Assembly: GCA_963835575.1 (NCBI GenBank)
Contig: CAWIGG010000004.1
Location: 960,001-1,024,000, forward strand
Source of the DNA: an uncultured Spirochaetota bacterium
GTDB taxonomy: Bacteria; Spirochaetota; Brevinematia; Brevinematales; JAOACQ01
Direction: 5' to 3'
DNA: 64,000 nucleotides
The notes under the pieces were generated by a model. That model was not told the origin of the DNA and ran no database searches. It saw nothing but the letters and a program-made list of their open reading frames with translations. A program made the position numbers and the translations under genes. This document shows positions 47,529-58,800 of the stretch, piece by piece (the stretch's first letter is position 1; every line of letters begins with the position of its first letter).

Positions 47529-50500
47529 ATGAAGGGATCGACCAGTTTTGGAGCGATATCCATTCAGCTTGCTTCTTCTGAACTTATCAAGAGTCTATCC
47601 TACGGCGAGGTCAAGAAGCCGGAAACAATAAATTACAGAACGCTCAGGCCCGAGCGGGAAGGCCTTTTCTGTGAAAAGATCTTCGGACCGACAAAGGACT
47701 ATGAATGTTCGTGCGGGAAATTCCGCTCCATCCGCTACAAGGGCATTGTCTGCGACAAGTGCGGCGTGGAAGTGACGGAAGCGAAGGTCAGGCGCTACAG
47801 GACAGGCCATATCGAGCTGGCTGCGCCGGTGGCCCATATCTGGTACTACAGGATTGTGCCGAGCAAGATCGCCCTTCTCCTTGAAGTCGCTCCCGCGGAT
47901 ATCCAGAGCATCCTTTATTTTGAAAAGTATATTGTCATCGATCCGGGCGAGACGGACCTGGAACAGAACCAGGTGCTGACGGACGAGGAATTTGAGGAAT
48001 ACAAGGAGAAATATAAAGAGGCTTTTACGGCCGACACGGGGGCCGTGGCCATTAAAAAGATCTTAAAGAACCTCGATCTGGACGTCCTGATCGATATGCT
48101 TCGCAATCATGTGGACAGCAAACTGAAAGTGGACAAAAAGGTATTAAAGAGGCTGGAGCTTGCCGAGGAGATCCGGAAGTCCAATAATAAGCCCGAATGG
48201 GTGGTACTGGACATTATTCCCGTCATTCCGCCGGATTTAAGGCCGATGGTTCCGCTGGACGGGGGACGGTTCGCCACTTCCGACATTAATGATTTATATA
48301 GAAGGCTCATCAACAGGAATAACCGTTTGAGGAAACTCAAATCGGTTAACGCGCCCGATATCATCATCAAGAATGAAATGAGAATGGTCCAGGACGCCGT
48401 TGATTCGCTTTTTGATAATTCAAGGCGCTCACACCCCGTGACGGGGAACGGCGACAGGCCGCTCAAATCACTGTCCGACATATTGAAAGGAAAACAGGGG
48501 CGTTTCAGACAGAACCTTCTCGGAAAGAGAGTGGACTACTCCGGACGTTCCGTTATTATAGTAGGCCCGAACCTCAAGCTGCACCAGTGCGGCCTGCCGA
48601 AACTGATGGCGCTTGAGCTTTTCAAGCCCTTTGTCATGCGCGGGCTGGTCGAGCAGGGTTACGCTCATAATATCAAAGCCGCCAAGCGGATGATCGAAAC
48701 GGAGCATGAACTGGTATGGGGAATTCTGGAGAATGTCGTCAAAGGGCATCCGGTGCTGTTAAACCGCGCTCCGACGCTCCACAGGCTCGGCATCCAGGCC
48801 TTTGAGCCGATCCTGATCGAAGAAAAAGCCATTCAGCTTCATCCCCTTGTCTGTCATGCCTACAACGCGGACTTCGACGGCGACCAGATGGCGGTCCATG
48901 TCCCTCTGACGCCTGAAGCCCAGATCGAGGCGTGGCTTTTGATGCTTTCATCGAGGAACCTGCTGAACCCGGCAAACGGAAAACCGATCGTCTATCCGAC
49001 GCAGGACATGGTGCTCGGGATTTACTACCTGACAAAACCGGAAGGCGATGTCCCGAAACGGTACAAGCATTTTGACAATATAGAGGAAATATTTCTGGCC
49101 ATTGAAACAAGAAACGCGCAGTATAACCAGAGGATAAAATTTAAAAAGAACGGCAAATGGATAGAAACGACATACGGCAGGGTGATCTTTAATGAAGTTA
49201 TTCCCGCACAGATGGAATTTATCAACGACACGCTGACAAGCAAGAAAATAGAAAATCTGATCGCCGCCTGCTACAAACTTTATGGGATCAAGGAAACAGC
49301 GCAATTGGTGGACGATCTGAAAACACTCGGGTTCAAATATTCGACAATTTACGGCGTGACCATTTCCGTATCGGATGTGGAAATTCCGGAAGAGAAGTAT
49401 GAGATCGTTGAGAAGACCGAGAAAGAAGTGGAAAAGACGGAAGACAACGCCCGGAAGGGTTTGATCACGCATGATGAAAAATACAACCAGGTGATCGACC
49501 TCTGGGCCAGCGCCAACGAAAAAGTAAAAAAGCTGGTCGAGGCGAAATTGAAGGAAAGCGACAAAGGCTTCAATTCGCTTTACGCGATGATGGACTCCGG
49601 CGCGAGAGGCTCGAGGGAACAGATCCGCCAGCTGGCGGGAATGAGAGGCTTGATGGCAAAACCGTCGGGCGAAATCATCGAGCTTGCCATTAAATCGAAT
49701 TTTAAAGAAGGGCTTTCCGTGCTTGAGTACTTTATCTCGAGCCACGGCGCGAGAAAGGGTCTGGCCGATACGGCTCTCAAGACGGCGGACGCCGGCTACC
49801 TGACAAGAAAGCTGGTTGATATCTCGCAGGATGTCGTGGTCACGGAAACAGACTGCGGCACTGTCAAGGGTATTGATATTTCCTCGATAAAGGAAGGCGA
49901 CGAAGTGATCAAGCCTTTAAAGGAAAGGATCCTCGGACAGACTGTCGTGTCGAATATTTACGACCCGCGCAACGGTAATCTGCTTGTTCAGGCCAATGAT
50001 CTGCTTGATGAGGAAAAGACCAAACTGATAGAAGATTCGGGGATTGAAACAATAAAGATCCGCAGCGTGCTGACATGCGAAGCGGCACATGGCGTATGCG
50101 GAAAATGCTACGGCTGGGACCTCTCCGCGCGTTCGCTTGTGAATATCGGCGAAGCCGTGGGAATCATAGCGGCGGAATCGATCGGCCAGCCCGGCACACA
50201 GCTGACGATGAGAACATTCCATATCGGCGGTACGGCGGCGACGCAGCTTGAGGAAAGCGAATTGAAGCTGACTTACGATTCCTATATTGTCGACCTGCCC
50301 GAAAACCTTATTTCCAAGGAAATGGACGGGCTTGAAAAAGTGATCGTTCCCAGGAAGTCTTATGTCAGGGTCAGGAAGATCGTCCAGGTATTCAACAGGG
50401 CGGACATTGACAATAAGAAGGAACTGCCGTCGCTCAACGGCAAGGAATTCCTCAGCGAAAAAACCGTTTTTGTTTTAAAAGACGGGACCGAGGTGAAATT

Positions 50501-51611
50501 CGGAAAGAAAATCTTTGTCGTCATCAAGGACAAGGATGTTTATATACTGGAAAGCTCTATAAATGAATATCCCGTAAAGATCGGCTCGTTCATCTATGTC
50601 AAGCAGGGGCAGGTGGTGAAAAAAGGCGAGAAGATCGCCGACTTTGACCCGTATAACGAAGTATTCATCAGCGAGCATGACGGTATTGTCGGGTTCGCCA
50701 TGGAAAAATCCGGCGAAGAGGAAGAAAAGAATAAAAATATTCTGGTCATCTATAGCGATAAAAAGAAAGAATTGGAAAGGTTCGTTCTAGTCCACGGTAC
50801 AGCGCTGGCCGTTCCCGAAGGGGACAAGGTCCGCCGCGGCGATATCGTGGCGAGAAGGCCTGTGGCCAAGAGAAGAACAAGAGACATCATCGGCGGTCTG
50901 CCGCGCGTGACGGAACTGTTTGAATCGAGGAAGCCGAAAAACATCGCGGTCATCTCTAAGATCAACGGTATCGTGGAAGATATCGAGCAGAAGAAGGGAA
51001 AATACATCATTCTGATAAAGGGCAGCAACGGCATAAGCTTCTCGCATGTCGTGCCGACGGGCAAGAACATCTTCGTGAGGATCGGCGACAAAGTCCAGGC
51101 GGGAGAATCGATCTGCGACGGCGTCGTCAGCTCGCATGACATCCTGAAGGTCCTCGGCTATACGAAAGTGAACGAATTCCTTCTGAACGAGATCCAGTCC
51201 GTTTACCGCCTGCAGGGCGTGGACATCAACGAAAAGCACATCAGCGTGATCATCCGCCAGATGCTCAAAAAGGTTGAGGTAGTCAACCCCGGCGATACGG
51301 AATTCATCACCGGTCAAAATATCGACAAGAGCAAGTTCTACAAGGAAAACGAAAAGATCTCCAGCCAGGGCGGCCAGGCCGCGAAGGCGCGTCCGATCCT
51401 GATGGGCCTCACCAAGGCCTCGCTCTTTACCGAAAGCTTCCTTTCGGCCGCGTCGTTCCAGGAAACGCCCCGGGTGCTCTCGAGCGCCGCTTTGAAGAGC
51501 GCGAGGGACAAGCTCGAAGGCCTGAAGGAAAACCTCGTGATCGGCCAGCTCATCCCGGCCGGCACGGGCATCAAGAACTACCAGGGAGTCAAGATCAAGA
51601 TACCGGATTGA
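47529..51611 (+). CDS. rpoC: RNA polymerase beta' subunit
   Basis: NADFDGD, zinc ribbon, [16 protein letters not shown]. Confidence 0.99.
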   Translation: MKGSTSFGAISIQLASSELIKSLSYGEVKKPETINYRTLRPEREGLFCEKIFGPTKDYECSCGKFRSIRYKGIVCDKCGVEVTEAKVRRYRTGHIELAAPVAHIWYYRIVPSKIALLLEVAPADIQSILYFEKYIVIDPGETDLEQNQVLTDEEFEEYKEKYKEAFTADTGAVAIKKILKNLDLDVLIDMLRNHVDSKLKVDKKVLKRLELAEEIRKSNNKPEWVVLDIIPVIPPDLRPMVPLDGGRFATSDINDLYRRLINRNNRLRKLKSVNAPDIIIKNEMRMVQDAVDSLFDNSRRSHPVTGNGDRPLKSLSDILKGKQGRFRQNLLGKRVDYSGRSVIIVGPNLKLHQCGLPKLMALELFKPFVMRGLVEQGYAHNIKAAKRMIETEHELVWGILENVVKGHPVLLNRAPTLHRLGIQAFEPILIEEKAIQLHPLVCHAYNADFDGDQMAVHVPLTPEAQIEAWLLMLSSRNLLNPANGKPIVYPTQDMVLGIYYLTKPEGDVPKRYKHFDNIEEIFLAIETRNAQYNQRIKFKKNGKWIETTYGRVIFNEVIPAQMEFINDTLTSKKIENLIAACYKLYGIKETAQLVDDLKTLGFKYSTIYGVTISVSDVEIPEEKYEIVEKTEKEVEKTEDNARKGLITHDEKYNQVIDLWASANEKVKKLVEAKLKESDKGFNSLYAMMDSGARGSREQIRQLAGMRGLMAKPSGEIIELAIKSNFKEGLSVLEYFISSHGARKGLADTALKTADAGYLTRKLVDISQDVVVTETDCGTVKGIDISSIKEGDEVIKPLKERILGQTVVSNIYDPRNGNLLVQANDLLDEEKTKLIEDSGIETIKIRSVLTCEAAHGVCGKCYGWDLSARSLVNIGEAVGIIAAESIGQPGTQLTMRTFHIGGTAATQLEESELKLTYDSYIVDLPENLISKEMDGLEKVIVPRKSYVRVRKIVQVFNRADIDNKKELPSLNGKEFLSEKTVFVLKDGTEVKFGKKIFVVIKDKDVYILESSINEYPVKIGSFIYVKQGQVVKKGEKIADFDPYNEVFISEHDGIVGFAMEKSGEEEEKNKNILVIYSDKKKELERFVLVHGTALAVPEGDKVRRGDIVARRPVAKRRTRDIIGGLPRVTELFESRKPKNIAVISKINGIVEDIEQKKGKYIILIKGSNGISFSHVVPTGKNIFVRIGDKVQAGESICDGVVSSHDILKVLGYTKVNEFLLNEIQSVYRLQGVDINEKHISVIIRQMLKKVEVVNPGDTEFITGQNIDKSKFYKENEKISSQGGQAAKARPILMGLTKASLFTESFLSAASFQETPRVLSSAALKSARDKLEGLKENLVIGQLIPAGTGIKNYQGVKIKIPD

Positions 51612-51616
51612 TTGGG

Positions 51617-51795
51617 TTTCACCACGAAGACACGAAGAACACGAAGAAACACCAACAGGGTAGCACGCGAATTCATGCGAATAGACGCGAATAAGAAAGA
51701 ATGGAGAGGTTTAACAGGAAGGCGGGAAGAATTCTTATGTTATATATAAATTTACAGGGACGCTGAATGAAGCGTCCCTGATCTGCGTACGGGGG
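51617..51795 (+). repeat. Left composite arm of locus L5 (A, C and B modules plus REP hairpin)
   Basis: CACCACGAAGACACGAAGAACACGAAGAAACACCAAC; CACGCGAATTCATGCGAATAGACGCGAAT; TTAACAGGAAGGCGGGAAG; CAGGGACGCT-GAATGA-AGCGTCCCTG. Confidence 0.82.
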
Positions 51796-51816
51796 AATAT
51801 AAATTTTGCGGATCAA

Positions 51817-52152
51817 TTATTGATTTTTATAAAAGATGAAAAATGTGTAGAAGCTGTTCCCTCTTGGAATATCGGCGCAGTAGGCTGTTTTCAATTCATA
51901 GCCTTTAGAGGCCATATCCAGTAATAATTTTGTAACGGAGACATATTTTATAGTCTCTCTTTTCGCAATACCGTAATCAATTTCCGCTTCTCCGGACATT
52001 TGATAGACACCCATAGAGCCAAGCCCGGCAAAGTCATGATTAAATTTAACTATGCATATTTTGCTTTCACCGTCTGCAGAGAGCATAATTAAAGGGAATA
52101 ACGTTAATATGCATGCCAGGACCACAACTCTTAAAATAGATTTTTGACTCAT
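51817..52152 (-). CDS. Small secreted hypothetical protein
   Basis: Signal-peptide-like N-terminus, GGAGGA RBS, MASKGYELKTAY. Confidence 0.65.
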   Translation of the reverse strand: MSQKSILRVVVLACILTLFPLIMLSADGESKICIVKFNHDFAGLGSMGVYQMSGEAEIDYGIAKRETIKYVSVTKLLLDMASKGYELKTAYCADIPRGNSFYTFFIFYKNQ

Positions 52153-52518
52153 TTTATTCCTCCTAAAGTATTTTCCTGTTTTAGAATAAATTTTACTCTA
52201 ACAAGCTGGATATCATTTTCGCAGCAGTCAAATTTGTTATCGGAAAGACATAAAATCCATCGGGTATTCCTAACCGTTAACTTTAATCAGCTTCCCGGGA
52301 TTTTTGAATTGTTGTAACTTAATGTATATAATACTCCGAAGATCCGGATATTTTGCAAATTAAAAAAATATTTTTATAATTCATAAATGATTTCTGTAAT
52401 TAAAATTTGACCATGCGTCTTCCCCTGCAGGCTGCCTCCTGCGGTGTTACCTTTATGGGTACGCTTCGGCAAGCTGCGCATCAGTGCGGGTCACGCCGCA
52501 GGCAAAAAGAAAGGACTG

Positions 52519-52690
52519 GGTGTTCGATTATTATCTGAAAAAAGAGGAACGGCAGTTATCGGTTGGCTATTAGCGGTTAGCAGGAAACGGATGGAAGCTG
52601 ATGGCTAGAAGCTGACAGCTAAAAGCTATATGTGGTGTTCGACTATTATCTGAAAAAAGGAGACTAGCCGTTAGCTGTCGGCAATTAATT
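52519..52690 (+). repeat. Direct repeat pair (115-bp spacing) with G-module heptamers
   Basis: GGTGTTCGAYTATTATCTGAAAAAAG at 52519 and 52634, each followed by G-type repeats. Confidence 0.75.
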
Positions 52691-52706
52691 TTCAGCAGCT
52701 TTTTAT

Positions 52707-52735
52707 TTGACAATATAACCAAATGGTTATATTGT
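52707..52735 (+). promoter_or_regulatory. TA promoter with overlapping palindromic operator
   Basis: TTGACA-17 bp-TATTGT; perfect IR ACAATATAACCA-AA-TGGTTATATTGT. Confidence 0.75.
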
Positions 52736-52751
52736 TTATAAAGGATAAGAT

Positions 52752-53105
52752 ATGAAAGTCAAATTTTATATTAATTCCGCCGGGAAATTTCCTGTGCTGG
52801 ATTCTATTAATGTGTTGGGCAAAGAGGATCAAGTAAAGATCATTGGTTGTCTTGAAAATATTCAGCAATTAGGCTTTAACTGTCCCCGCGTAGAATTCAG
52901 GCAGATTGAAGGCAAACTCTGGGAAATTAAAATCAGGATCCAAAGCGGCGGTTATAGAATTTTTTATTTATCTATTAATAAAGATATAATTGTGTTATTG
53001 CATATGTTTAAGAAGCAGGGGCAAAAAACACCGGCAAAAGATATAAAAACAGCCATGAATCGTTTAAAGGAGGTGATTGATAATGAAGCCGATTACATTA
53101 GATGA
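52752..53105 (+). CDS. RelE/HigB-type toxin (Gp49-like)
   Basis: RQIEGKLWEIKI..YRIFY..IVLLHMFKKQGQKTP. Confidence 0.88.
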   Translation: MKVKFYINSAGKFPVLDSINVLGKEDQVKIIGCLENIQQLGFNCPRVEFRQIEGKLWEIKIRIQSGGYRIFYLSINKDIIVLLHMFKKQGQKTPAKDIKTAMNRLKEVIDNEADYIR

Positions 53106-53382
53106 AGTCATCCGGGAGAATTTAAAAAATGAAGAATTTGCCATTTTATATGAAAAAGAAAAAATAATAAACAAAATAGCCTGCGCGGTTGTGGACATGA
53201 GGCAGAGACAGGGATTAACTCAGGAAGAATTGGCTGAAAAGGCCAATACATCGCAGCCGGTTATCGCAAGGCTGGAAAGGGGAGCCGATTCAAGAATCCC
53301 GTCATTAGAACTATTAGGCCGTATTGCGCATGCTCTTGGTAAAGAAATAGTCATAGATTTTAAAACTACTTCACAGCATTAG
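53083..53382 (+). CDS. HigA-type Xre-HTH antitoxin
   Basis: RQRQGLTQEELAEKANTSQPVIARLERG..PSLELLGRIAHALG; toxin-first order. Confidence 0.88.
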   Translation: MKPITLDEVIRENLKNEEFAILYEKEKIINKIACAVVDMRQRQGLTQEELAEKANTSQPVIARLERGADSRIPSLELLGRIAHALGKEIVIDFKTTSQH

Positions 53383-53450
53383 TAATTATTCATTAGTCAT
53401 TAAGCTTTACTTGTCCTATGGAAATATTAATTTTGACTGAAGAAATAGAG

Positions 53451-53830
53451 GTTAGCTGATAGCTGTTGGCTATTAGCGGTTAGCAGGAAACGGTTGGAAG
53501 CTGACAGCTAATAGCTAATTGTTCCCTCCGTTCCCGAGGCCATTTTCCTCCTGGCTTAAATCTGCAAATAAAACATCTCAATTTCAAGGCGTGTTATCCG
53601 CTATTATAATAGAAGACTGAAGTACATGTTTTTGACACGGATGTCAAAACCGACGCATAAAGTCATTGGACGGCGAGATAAGGAGGCTATTTCAATGAGG
53701 GATCGTTTTATAAAACCGGATAACACACATCCATACAAACAGACAGCTTAGTATGAAAATGGCCTCGACCTGTTTTCTTTCTTTAGCGCGATATTTCTTT
53801 CTTTTCGAAAAGAAAGAAATATCGTGATCC
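53451..53830. repeat. G-module repeats plus structured palindromic element, copy 2 (inverted relative to 28066-28482; tail resumes at 55540-55563)
   Basis: Core CGAGGCCATTTTC (53535) to GAAAATGGCCTCG (ending 53767) with TTTTGACACGGATGTCAAAACCGACGCATAAAG. Confidence 0.85.
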
Positions 53831-53864
53831 CCGATTGCCGGTCGTGGCAAAATAGTTGCCGCCG

Positions 53865-55539
53865 TTGCCTGTCGGTTTTTATAACATGCTTCATGGACAT
53901 ACGGCAGGGTTCCCGTTAAAATAAAACGGGAGAAAAAGATGGCAAGATTTGAAAAGAACAGCCTGGAGCAGGGTGAGTTCCTCGCGATCAATATAGGCGA
54001 GCAGTTTGATGAGAATTCCAGAGAATTTATACTAAAAGAATTCATCAAAAACCGTATTAAACTGGAGGATTTCGCGGCTTACTATAAGAACAACCATAGA
54101 GGCAGAGAGATTAAAAATCCTCGGGATGTGATCTGTGCGGTACTCTACGGTTACATTACGGGAAATCGTATCAGCCGAAAGATAGAAGATTTGCTGAAAA
54201 AACACATTGGGTTTATGTATGTTTCAAACCGGCTGAAAATTGACCATTCGGTAATTTGCGAGTTCAAGGTACTTTTTCAGGAAAAGATCGAGGAGTTGTT
54301 CAGCCAGCTTTTATATATACTCAACGAAATGGGGTCTATAGATTGGGACATGGTAGTGGGTGACGGCACAAAGATCAAGGCCTACGCGAGTAAGAATAAG
54401 AATGTGGGAAAGAAACATACCCGGAAGCTGATGGACACTTACCAGAAGATGGCGGAAAAGATTGTGAAACAAGACCTGGAACTGGAAGAATCTTACCGGG
54501 AAGGCAAGCTGGAGCAGCCTTATTACGAAGCGGAGAAGAAGCGGGTATCAAGGCGGAAAAAGATTTACGATAGTGTTTTGAACCAAATCGATGAATACAA
54601 AAAACAGGTAGAGAGAGGGGAAAAGACAGACGAAGAATTCACCAACCTGACTGATCCCGAAAGCAAGCTGATGTCTGGAAATCCGCATAGTGTGTTTATA
54701 CAGGGATATAATTCGGCGATGATGGTCAGTAATAATGATGTGATTATAGATTTTGAAGCAATCACAACACCGGAAAAACAGCATACGGAAGAAATGGTAA
54801 AGAGGGTGGAACAGAAAAAAGCGGAATTAAAAGTTGATAAGGCTAGCAAATACCTTTTTGATTCGGGTTTTCAGGACATGGAAGAGACAATCCGGATGGT
54901 GGAGGAAGGAAAAGACCTTTATGTGGATACGAAAGAGCGGGATTTCAGTGATAAATCACAGAAGCGAAGAGACTTTAAACTGGAAAAGATTGATGACGAA
55001 TATATCCTGGGATGCCGGGGCGGCCGTAAGGAAAATGGGTATTTAGATCGAAATAACCAAAGATATACATTTTTGTATTCACGGAAGGGCTGTGAAAGAT
55101 GTCCATTTTTCAGTGAGTGTTATAAAAACATCAAACCGAAAACACAGCAAAAGACAGTAATTTTCAGTGAGTTTGAATTGAATAATCGGTCTAAGATTGA
55201 TGCTTATTTAACAAAACTTTACAGCGAAGAAGGGCAAAAGATATACAACCGCAGGATAGGTAAAGAACACGTATTTTCAAACATCAAAACACAGAAGGGT
55301 TATGTTCAGACAGTTTACAGAGGTCAACGGAAAGTGAATTTGGAGCTATGCTGGGTATCCCTTGCGCATAATTTTATGAAATATGCCCAATATTTGAGAA
55401 AATAGAGAGGATTTTGTATAGTCTGAGTATCGATTATTCGAAATTTATTATTAAAATCAGCTAAGCTGACAAAATTTTTATTTGCCCGCTTATTGTAAGG
55501 GGCTGGTTTGACTCCGAAAATGAAATAACCGACAGGCAA
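53865..55539 (+). mobile_element. IS1182-family insertion sequence
   Basis: IRs TTGCCTGTCGGTT / AACCGACAGGCAA; no clear target duplication. Confidence 0.82.
53939..55405 (+). CDS. IS1182-family DDE transposase
   Basis: VLYGYITGNRISRKIE, GDGTKIKAYAS, NLTDPESKLM, QGYN, FDSGF, KEHVFSNIK. Confidence 0.92.
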   Translation: MARFEKNSLEQGEFLAINIGEQFDENSREFILKEFIKNRIKLEDFAAYYKNNHRGREIKNPRDVICAVLYGYITGNRISRKIEDLLKKHIGFMYVSNRLKIDHSVICEFKVLFQEKIEELFSQLLYILNEMGSIDWDMVVGDGTKIKAYASKNKNVGKKHTRKLMDTYQKMAEKIVKQDLELEESYREGKLEQPYYEAEKKRVSRRKKIYDSVLNQIDEYKKQVERGEKTDEEFTNLTDPESKLMSGNPHSVFIQGYNSAMMVSNNDVIIDFEAITTPEKQHTEEMVKRVEQKKAELKVDKASKYLFDSGFQDMEETIRMVEEGKDLYVDTKERDFSDKSQKRRDFKLEKIDDEYILGCRGGRKENGYLDRNNQRYTFLYSRKGCERCPFFSECYKNIKPKTQQKTVIFSEFELNNRSKIDAYLTKLYSEEGQKIYNRRIGKEHVFSNIKTQKGYVQTVYRGQRKVNLELCWVSLAHNFMKYAQYLRK

Positions 55540-55665
55540 GCTGGACAAAAGAAAGTGAACAACCTCTGGCAATAATTGCCAAGCCAATACTCTGGAGATT
55601 ATTATATCAAAATCGAATCGGGTCAAAATTTTAAAAAATAAATTTTTAAAAAGTCAAATATTTAT

Positions 55666-55694
55666 TTGACAGACTTAAAATTACAAATTAGAAT
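55666..55694 (+). promoter_or_regulatory. Sigma70 promoter of the giant protease gene, with a palindrome over the -35
   Basis: TTGACA-17 bp-TAGAAT; GTCAAATA-TT-TATTTGAC. Confidence 0.6.
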
Positions 55695-55890
55695 ACTTCC
55701 TGTAAACGGAGCCGTGCTCCGAAAATATTTTTGCTGAAAATTTCATTTTTTCCAGGTCGGGGGAGTATTCTTATAGAGAGAAATTGAAAAGCGGGCAGCT
55801 TAAATAACCCCGTTCATAAGGCGGTATTATTTATGCTGCCGCTCTCTCATATGATAAATTTGTCGAAAGACAAAATGGCCGGAGAAAAGC

Positions 55891-58800
55891 GTGAAGCGGT
55901 GGGCGGTATTTTTAATTTTCTTTTTATTCTTTTCCTGCGACAAAATGGCCCGGGACCAGGGGGCGAAAAAACCGGAAGGCCGTTCCGACAGGGCAGCCCT
56001 GACGGAAAACGGCGGCAGGCCTCTTTTGAATGAAAAAAATGAGGAAGCGGCGCGGTTTTTAGAAAAATATCCTGTACGGAAAGGGTTTGAAAACGGGAAA
56101 GAGATTATTGCGATTGGAAATGTCAAATTCACTGGAATCGGCTTCAATAGCAGCCTCGTCAAAAAAGATCCGGAAAGCTACATCATCGAAATCCGTCAAT
56201 ATAATGATGAATACAAAGGTTATCTTGCCAAAAACGGGATAGTCATCGGCTATTATGTCCCGGATAACGAATTGATCGTCAGATGCCCGAAGGACATTCA
56301 GGAACTCAGACGGCTCAATGGAATAAAAAGCGTCATACCCTACCAGCCGTTCATGAAAATCGCGGAAGCCGACGGCGATACCGCCGGGATAAAAAAGGCC
56401 AAGGTCATGCTGTGGGAAAAAGCGGACAGGGCCTGGTTTGAGGAATACAGCCGGAAGAACGGCGTCCGAATCATGGCAAAAGCCGGCAATGATTATATGG
56501 TTGAAACGGAAGACATCAAGCCCCTGCTCTTTGAGGACAGGGTCCTGAGGGTGGAAAAGTACAGGGAGCCGGCCGTGTTTTCATTTTCGGCGAATGAGAT
56601 TGAAAAAGTTCTTACTATAAATAACCCGGCTTACTTAAGGGACGCTCCTGTTGCCGTTTCCGTTTTTGACGTCGGTGTGGACAGTTCGCAGAACAACCTT
56701 TCGGGCGCGCTGAGAAATGTCTTTGACACGGCCCTGGACGGCGACAAGGGCGAGTTTGTATCCCACGGCACGCATATCAGCGGCATCATCGCCGGGCGGG
56801 GTAATAACTCCATGGGCGGCGTATCCGGCGTCAACCCGGAAGCGAAGATTGATTTTTACGCCATGGGCGACAGCCTGAAGGGCCTCATCATACCGCCGTC
56901 GATGGCGGACCTTTTCAATACATCGATCAATAATAACGCATATATCGCCAATTTAAGCTGGGGAACATATGACGATGGAAACGAGGGGCGGTACCTGTCC
57001 ATCAGCCGCGATATCGACGAATTCATTTATGAACACCCCGGATTTATCATAATCGCCGCGGCGGGAAATAACGGCGTCAGCATCGCGTCGCCCGCGACGG
57101 CTAAAAACGTTATTTCAGTCGGCGCCCTGGACGGGAATGCCCTGGCTTCCTACTCCCCGACTAACTTCTGTTATGACGGAAGGGTCAAGCCGGACATCAC
57201 GGTACAGGGCAGCGCGGTTAATTCGCTGAACCTGAACAACGGCTACATCGTTTTAAACGGCACAAGCCAGGCGGCCGCGCTTGTCAGCGGGTTCGTATCG
57301 AAGATCTATTACGGGATGAAAATGGACTTCGGCATCAGCCCGACGCACAGCGCCGTCAAATCCGTACTGGCCGCCAGTTCCGGGGACGCTGAAACAAAAA
57401 ACGGCTACGGGTACGGCAAACTCTTCTTCAACACGCCTTTCTCAAAAAAATATTATGATATAGAGAACCTGGAAGGCCCGTCCGGCGTAATGGAATTTTC
57501 CAGATGGCTGACGAACGGCGACGAGATCAGGGCCGTACTTTCATGGACTGACCCGCCGGCGTATGAATTCGCCCTTTACGCGCTGATCGACAATTATGAA
57601 CTGGAGATCGAGACGCCCGATGGAGAGAAGATAAGGACGGGCGATCCGCTGGATAATATCAAAAAAATCACTTACCATACAACAAAGGCCGGAGTTTACT
57701 TCTTCAGGATCATTCCCGCCGGCGTCCCTCTGCCGGTCAGGGACATGACGCTGGTTGTGAGGAGCCTCGCCGGTGTTATTGAAAACCCGCCGCAGGAAAC
57801 CAATCAGAACCCGAACCCTGTTTCGGGCGGACCGCAGAGTTCGGGCAATTTGCTGGCCGATCAGGTCCTGCATGACGCTCCTTCTGATATTCAGAGCGAG
57901 GTCCAGACCATGCTTCAGGAGAACGGAAGCTCGAGCTCTCCGGCGATGAACCCGCAGAGCGGAAATAACGGCCAGACCGGCGGTGTTCCAGCCGATCCCG
58001 GCACAGCGCTCGGCGGCCTTTCCAGCGCATCGAACGCCGCGGCGGAATATCAGTTATACAGGAAATACGGAATCAACGCCTATTCCCTGCGCGGCCTTGG
58101 ATTCGATGACGTCGACTTCATCGGAGCGACTTTCAGCATTTCCAATCTGCCGGACCAGTATTTTACGGTACCGGTCAAAAGCTTTACGAATGCAAATGAT
58201 ACGAACGAAGGTTATAAAAAGGTCCAGCTCAATATCCCGGACAGCTCGGCGATCCTGAACTCTTCCCTTCTTGTCAAAAACGACAATACGCAGGAGACCA
58301 ACGCTGTTTCCGTCAAGTTCATCCTGGACAGCACAGCGCCCTCTTTCGGGGACCGCGATCCTTTGAATAACGGTATATTGACTTCGCCTTCAGCCTGGAT
58401 CGAGATCATCGATACACAGAGCGGCGTGGACACAAATTTTACCGTCAGCGTGAACGGCGCGGCCCTTTCGAACGGCCAGTACGATTATAATTACGGGAAT
58501 AATAAATTGACGCTTTATCTCGATAGGGTCCTTGTCCTGACGAACGTGAATATAGTTGACGTCCGGCTCATCAATGTCTGCGACATGGTCGGCAACGCGG
58601 CGCCGGCCGAGGAGTGGAAGTTCATCACATACATAACGAACAACACGACGCCTCCCGCGAAGCCGGAAGGGCTGACGGCCCATGTCTCGAACAGGACGGT
58701 ATTCCTGGACTGGCATGCGAACCGCGAGACGGATTTAAAAGGGTACAAAGTCTATCTTGTCAAGGGCGATTACAGTTCGTCAGAGCCGCTGACGGCGGCC

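Noticed and set aside
43932..51611. Inteins or introns in rpoB/rpoC
   Set aside because: Continuous ORFs of ordinary length with no splice-junction or homing-endonuclease motifs.
55700..55860. c-di-GMP or other known riboswitch
   Set aside because: I could not find the conserved motifs of known classes; kept only as an unclassified structured leader.
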